From an uncultured delta proteobacterium (GTDB taxonomy: Bacteria; Myxococcota; B64-G9), in NCBI GenBank assembly GCA_963754925.1, contig CAVWHX010000004.1:1056001-1120000 (forward strand): DNA of 64,000 nucleotides. Reading direction: 5' to 3'. The translations under genes and the position numbers were made by a program. The notes under the pieces were generated by a model. That model was not told the origin of the DNA, searched no databases, and saw nothing but the letters and a program-made list of their open reading frames with translations. Positions 59,308 to 64,000 of the stretch are shown piece by piece. Numbering within the stretch: the stretch's first letter is position 1; each line of letters starts with the position of its first letter.

Positions 59308-59970
59308 ATGGCGTCTGAGCCTAATGAGGTCTCCCTCAAGGAGCCTGATAAGCTGGTGTCAGTCCTTGAGAAGCGGGTTGAACACCTTCGTTCAACCTAT
59401 GACCAATATTTTCAGGGCCTCGAGCGCGTCGAGCCACTTCCCGAACGAGCAGACCTCCGACGCCAGATACTGCAGATACGCACCATCCAGTCCCGTAATA
59501 CCGGCCTGCGCTTTCGCATTAATCAACTCGTGGCCAAGTTCAACGTCTACGAAGATTACTGGAACCGTGTGGCGCGCCAAGTCGAGGAGGGCACCTACAG
59601 TCGGGAAATAGCCATGGCCCACTATCGCCTCAAGAAGAGGACTGAGCGCGATACGGATCGTGAAAAAATAAGCGCTGCTGCTCCATCCCCAAAGCATCCG
59701 CCGACAGAAAAACCAGATGCCGATGCCGCCTCGTCGGGCGCCACCGTCAGGAACGTTTTGACCGATGATAAGCTCAGTGCAATCTACGAGGCGTATGTGA
59801 AGGCTAAAAGGCGTTGCCAGGAAAACGTCAACGGATTGACCAAAGAGGTTCTGGCGTCTTCAATCAAGAAGCAGGTTTCGGCCATTATGAGTAAGCACAA
59901 CTGTAAGAGTATAGAATTCAAGGTGTTAATTAAAGATGGTAAAGCGGTGCTGAAAGTATTGCCGAAATAA
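59308..59970 (+). CDS. MXAN_5187 C-terminal-domain-type protein
   Basis: LRSTYDQYFQGLER.EP, LRFRINQL, YWNR..RQVEEGTY and C-terminal FKVLIKDGKAVLK. Confidence 0.75.
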   Translation: MASEPNEVSLKEPDKLVSVLEKRVEHLRSTYDQYFQGLERVEPLPERADLRRQILQIRTIQSRNTGLRFRINQLVAKFNVYEDYWNRVARQVEEGTYSREIAMAHYRLKKRTERDTDREKISAAAPSPKHPPTEKPDADAASSGATVRNVLTDDKLSAIYEAYVKAKRRCQENVNGLTKEVLASSIKKQVSAIMSKHNCKSIEFKVLIKDGKAVLKVLPK

Positions 59971-60135
59971 CCGGCGCTCACGAAGTCTATCAGAGTCTTC
60001 TTCTTGACCATCACTATCTGCGCCATATCGTAAGCCAATCGTGCAATGCAACCTTGTTTCAAGAATAGTCGGGGTTTGTCGTTTGTTTTATGATAATGGT
60101 GAGTGCCATGTTTTACGGTAAGGAGGCAGAACAAC

Positions 60136-60612
60136 ATGGAGAAATTGAAACGGATAGCCCTGGTAGCTCATGACAATCGCAAAAAAGATCTCGTTGAATG
60201 GGTTGAATGGAACTACCAACGGCTTATCAAACATCAGATTACGTGCACGGGCACTACCGGTCAGCTCGTTGAAGCAACCATTAACCGTAAAGCCGGTCAT
60301 GACGGGGTTGATACGAGTAAGCTTTCTATTACCAAGCTTAAGTCCGGGCCGCTCGGCGGGGATCAACAGCTCGGCGGCCTGATTGCCGAAGGCAAAATCG
60401 ATTTTGTCATTTTCTTTTGGGACCCGCTTGAGCCGCATCCCCACGATGTTGATGTGAAGGCCTTGCTGCGCATCGCCGTGGTATACAATATACCGTTAGC
60501 GTGCAACCGCGCGACAGCCGATTTCTTAATCTCGTCGCCGCTTATGGAAGAAGAGTACCGGCAGAGATCGGAACAATACGCTACCTATCTCTCGCGAAAC
60601 CTGCCGACCTAA
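60136..60612 (+). CDS. mgsA: Methylglyoxal synthase
   Basis: IALVAHD..K, TGTTG, SGPLGGDQQ, FFWDPL..PHDVDVKALLR and ACNRATAD. Confidence 0.97.
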   Translation: MEKLKRIALVAHDNRKKDLVEWVEWNYQRLIKHQITCTGTTGQLVEATINRKAGHDGVDTSKLSITKLKSGPLGGDQQLGGLIAEGKIDFVIFFWDPLEPHPHDVDVKALLRIAVVYNIPLACNRATADFLISSPLMEEEYRQRSEQYATYLSRNLPT

Positions 60613-60889
60613 CGGGATCGGTCCGCTTCGTCCTTCGCGTGCGCCATGTTCAAAATCAAGTGCGAGAGGGTATCTTCTCTAGGCTATCGCGGAGCCATGC
60701 TTGAATCCCGTTGAGCAACGCCGGTTCATCCTGCACCAGCAGCATCAACCGGTTGATGATCTTTACCTCTATAGTATCAGAATAAGTGCGATGGGGGTCA
60801 ATGAGAAGAATCTGGACGCAAAGTATCTTGCAAAGAAAAAACGTGTTATCATAAAAGTATTCGATCGGTGCTCTACGGGGAGGTGATTC

Positions 60890-61306
60890 ATGAAGCAGGC
60901 TGCAAAAGAGCATGACGTGAAGGAACACACCTCCGACTTACCGAAGATCCTTGTTGCCGATGATGACCTGGAAATCCTGAGAGTCGTTGAGGCGGCGCTC
61001 AAGCCGATTGGCGCTACGGTGATCACGGCCAGCAACGGCGAGGAAGCTCTCGAACGAATTCTCACCGAGAAGCCGACACTCGTGATCCTGGATGTAATGA
61101 TGCCTGGCCTCACCGGTTGGGAGGTTGCTAAATATATTCGTGGCCACCCTGAATACCGGCATGTCCGTATCCTCATGGTGACCGGGATAGGCGAGGATAT
61201 CAATCAGGCCACATCGCCGATCATGGGTGCAGATGATTTCGTCAGCAAGCCCTTCACGTTTGAAGATCTAGCGAATCGAGTGCGTAGGCTCTTGCCGGCA
61301 TCCTAA
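60890..61306 (+). CDS. Single-domain response regulator
   Basis: ILVADDD, ILDVMMP, VTG and SKPF. Confidence 0.92.
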   Translation: MKQAAKEHDVKEHTSDLPKILVADDDLEILRVVEAALKPIGATVITASNGEEALERILTEKPTLVILDVMMPGLTGWEVAKYIRGHPEYRHVRILMVTGIGEDINQATSPIMGADDFVSKPFTFEDLANRVRRLLPAS

Positions 61307-62331
61307 TCAATCCAACCGGGTGATCGACAGATCTCTCCACTCTGCACCACCCAATTTTCTTGGCTATCGGCAGCACCCAGATCGAGCCGGGTGGCTGAAC
61401 AGCCTTCTTGGGTGGAGAAGTCTATATAGCCCCCATAGCGAGTAACCTCCTGCCCCAATGGGTTGAGGATGGTTAGCACCTCGCCTTTTGAATTCTTCAA
61501 GCCATAGGGGGTCAGCGTGGAGCTGTCGACGCACAGCAGCTTCGTTGCCGGTGCCAGATCAGACGGCGGCACGAACGACCGGCTGACCAGGAGCGCTACC
61601 TGCTGCGGCTGCAATACTGAGGTCTCGTCCGGTGGACAACCGGCGATCGTTTGGCCTAACCCATCTCCACTTTGATCGGAAATGCGGTAGCCGCTCATAT
61701 CGCACGGCGTGTCGCCGAAACATATGAGCTCGATATACTCGCCTAGGCTGTCTTCGCCTATCGGGTTCGCTTGCACCTCAGATAGTACCACGGAGTCTGC
61801 CGAGAGATTTTGTGGCTGCGCCTCGAGGTGAGTCTTGAAGGCATGTTGTACGTGAGTGTTTTGCCCCACCAGCATCCCGTGATTGTCGCGGCTGAGGCTT
61901 TCTACCAAGGGATTGCCGGCGGCGTCGGTTGCCGCTGCAGAAACGATCACCTGATACGTGCATCCCGAAGCGAGCGGTAGGTTGGGTTTCAGTGAAAAAA
62001 GAACATGGTCTTGATCGAATGAGCTTGCGCACCCGACGAGTGCGGCCTGACGGCTGGCCGAAAGCGGTGGGGAGTCAAGGTCCTTGAGAAATTCAGCATC
62101 TACCGTTTCGGATTGAACTACCACCACCTGATCGTGCAAGAGCGTTTCGGACATTGGCTCGCTGAAACGGACCGTTATGATGGTATCGAGGGGAACGTCT
62201 TCCCCCTGCGGGGTGAATTCGATCACCTGCGGCGACACGGTGTCACCTGCGGGCGGCCCTACCTCCATACAGGCAACCACGGGAACCAACGCGAGCGCGC
62301 TGTACACCGCGATCGTGATCAGCGCTTTCAT
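61303..62331 (-). CDS. Lipoprotein with Ig-like (Big_5) and lamin-tail domains
   Basis: Lipobox VVAC. DTVSPQV...ITVRFSEPM...DAAGNPL is Big_5-like. LSEVQANP.G..GEYIEL...LKNS...SPG is LTD-like. Confidence 0.8.
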   Translation of the reverse strand: MKALITIAVYSALALVPVVACMEVGPPAGDTVSPQVIEFTPQGEDVPLDTIITVRFSEPMSETLLHDQVVVVQSETVDAEFLKDLDSPPLSASRQAALVGCASSFDQDHVLFSLKPNLPLASGCTYQVIVSAAATDAAGNPLVESLSRDNHGMLVGQNTHVQHAFKTHLEAQPQNLSADSVVLSEVQANPIGEDSLGEYIELICFGDTPCDMSGYRISDQSGDGLGQTIAGCPPDETSVLQPQQVALLVSRSFVPPSDLAPATKLLCVDSSTLTPYGLKNSKGEVLTILNPLGQEVTRYGGYIDFSTQEGCSATRLDLGAADSQENWVVQSGEICRSPGWID

Positions 62332-62990
62332 GGTCGTACCTCGCACCACTGCCGTTGAAACCGGCCGCCGGTCCAGGCGTCGAGAGCCGCGGTCTCTTCC
62401 GCCGCCAGCTGAGCAAAACGGCTGCCGGGCTTTGGCATTCCGCGGCGCATGATCTTCTGTCGGGCGAAAAAGATGCGGATGACCTCCGTCGCGAGGTTTC
62501 GTCTCTCCCGCGCCCGCGTGGTCGTCTCGCGGCTTATCTGCAGCTCATCCGGGTTATAGGCAAACAGGGCGAGGTCCCACCCGATCGAGGCGTCCCAGCG
62601 TAGACCGGTGGTGTTCCTCAATTGATCGACGCGCGCGGTGCCCGGTTCGTAGCGGTAGTTCCAACTATTTCCCAGATCCTTTGAAAACCCGCCCGAGATC
62701 TTCGGCAGATACCCGCTGACGCGCGCCCGGGTGCGCCGGGAGAGATCCTCCTCGGGCAGGAGGGAGGCTTGCTCCCAGGTTGCTTGCACCACCTCGCGAA
62801 CCCTGGGTTCCTTAATCAAACACGGCGGTGGATCGTCCGGCGGCTGCTCGGTATTCGACCGGGTAGGCTCAGGGGGTAACCCCCGTTCGCTATGTTCCAC
62901 CGCAGCCTCATCCAGGGTCTTTGATTCATCGGCCCACGCAGATGCCATCGGTACTATTATGATCAGCAGATACCAGGTAGTTGTTTTCAT
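62328..62990 (-). CDS. Secreted hypothetical protein with a single TolC/OEP-like repeat
   Basis: Signal peptide, then helix-SGYLPKISGG...WDASIGWDL-helix (EVIRIFFARQK...LDAWTGG). Confidence 0.55.
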   Translation of the reverse strand: MKTTTWYLLIIIVPMASAWADESKTLDEAAVEHSERGLPPEPTRSNTEQPPDDPPPCLIKEPRVREVVQATWEQASLLPEEDLSRRTRARVSGYLPKISGGFSKDLGNSWNYRYEPGTARVDQLRNTTGLRWDASIGWDLALFAYNPDELQISRETTTRARERRNLATEVIRIFFARQKIMRRGMPKPGSRFAQLAAEETAALDAWTGGRFQRQWCEVRP

Positions 62991-63017
62991 GCATGGCTCC
63001 TCAATGCTGTTGGTTGC

Positions 63018-64000
63018 CTATTGATTCTCCAAAAGTATTTCCAATTGGGCTTTGAACTCTTCCCGAGCAAGCCCGTCTGAATCTGTCGGGTCGGGTGGGT
63101 TGATCCAGTTTCTGACGGTTGTCGCGACTCGCGCGATGCGTTCGGAGTCAGCTTGCCTAAGCTCCCGAATCAGGAGTTCATACTCATTGAGGTACGTTTG
63201 ATACCGTGAGCTCGGCAGGTCCCACACCACCATGAGCCAACCACCAAACGATACGTCCTCTCGATGGTCAATACGGCCAGAGTCACTACGATTGAGGTAC
63301 GTGTGGCGATGCATTCCGCCGGCCGAGAGCTCGATGCGGGGCAGAAGGAGTGTCCAGGCCGACGCCGCTTCTCGATACGAGGGGTGCGGCCGATACCAGG
63401 CGGCCCAGTCTATGCCGGCATCGCGTACCGTTGGCCACGCACCCGGCGCAACGAGCGAAGGCCGGTATAAGCCGCCGGGCCCGATCAGCCAGGGCAGTCC
63501 GTCGCGGCCACGGACCGGAATCCAATCGCTGCCGTTGCCGGGGAGCAGCAGGGAGACCGATGTTTCGCTGCCGACCAGAAGTATTCGGGCGGTGGTACAT
63601 ACCAACGCCTGCGCGCCCCATCCGAGCACCGCCTCGATGTTTTCATGCGCCACGAGATCAAGGTGCCGAACGCTTCCCTCCTGGCGTGCTATCCCAGCGA
63701 GCCATACCCTGCCGCTCTCGTCCAGGCTCAACACTCGTTCGTCTGCCAACAGTGCGTGCAAGGAGTCATCCTCAAGCACCTGTTCTCGTTGACCGTCGGG
63801 AAGTCCGATCACCTCAGCCGATTGCCCGGCTCGTAATACATGATCGCCGGCGAGTTCGATGCGCTGGGGTTGTTCCGGCGCCTCGGGACCAAACCGCAGC
63901 CAGCTTGGGTGCTCGAGCGACCACGACCAAAGCCATCCGTCGGCCGCCACAACCAGTCGACCATGTGCATCCGTATCGAGCGCGGACGGAGGCTCGGCGG
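63018..64000 (-). CDS. Hypothetical protein, beta-propeller-like N-region + TolC-like C-terminal repeat (5' end outside window)
   Basis: The frame stays open to the window edge (..LDTDAHGRLVVAADGWLW..). Contains LLPRIELSAG...WLMVVWDL, similar to the neighbouring gene. Confidence 0.55.
   Translation of the reverse strand, partial: AEPPSALDTDAHGRLVVAADGWLWSWSLEHPSWLRFGPEAPEQPQRIELAGDHVLRAGQSAEVIGLPDGQREQVLEDDSLHALLADERVLSLDESGRVWLAGIARQEGSVRHLDLVAHENIEAVLGWGAQALVCTTARILLVGSETSVSLLLPGNGSDWIPVRGRDGLPWLIGPGGLYRPSLVAPGAWPTVRDAGIDWAAWYRPHPSYREAASAWTLLLPRIELSAGGMHRHTYLNRSDSGRIDHREDVSFGGWLMVVWDLPSSRYQTYLNEYELLIRELRQADSERIARVATTVRNWINPPDPTDSDGLAREEFKAQLEILLENQ

Noticed and set aside
60701..60886. 61-aa ORF between mgsA and the response regulator
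   Set aside because: It has a weak start and no recognisable motif, so it cannot be supported.

Overview
A gene-dense bacterial chromosomal window with moderately high GC, probably from an anaerobic or facultative Myxococcota-like deltaproteobacterium. Lineage markers are an MXAN_5187-type protein, DUF4388-J-TPR, MJ0042-type zinc-finger/TPR membrane proteins, a Cys-rich repeat lipoprotein and a myxobacterial-type HU. Most genes are housekeeping: recN (truncated by the window edge), galT, an ABC-F ATPase, rpoZ, trmJ, rnpB, an RluA-family synthase, nadE, a flavodiiron protein, hup, dusB, carAB, ackA, mgsA, tRNA-Gln and three peptidoglycan hydrolases. The strongest unusual signal is an orphan, intact, tightly coupled nuoJKLMN-like operon (4304-9885). 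By manual motif alignment, most of its charged proton-pumping residues are replaced, which suggests a pump-dead or repurposed complex I membrane arm. Other notable items are two convergent PlsA/Ger-like (ether-lipid/plasmalogen) activase-reductase genes separated by an AT-rich ABC-ATPase + TOPRIM cassette (candidate anti-phage system), a 146-nt hairpin element next to an oversized RNase P RNA, and two single-repeat TolC-like genes beside an Ig/lamin-tail lipoprotein. At least six single-base frameshifts interrupt otherwise good genes and are most likely assembly indel errors. All calls come from reading motifs by eye; no database searches were run.
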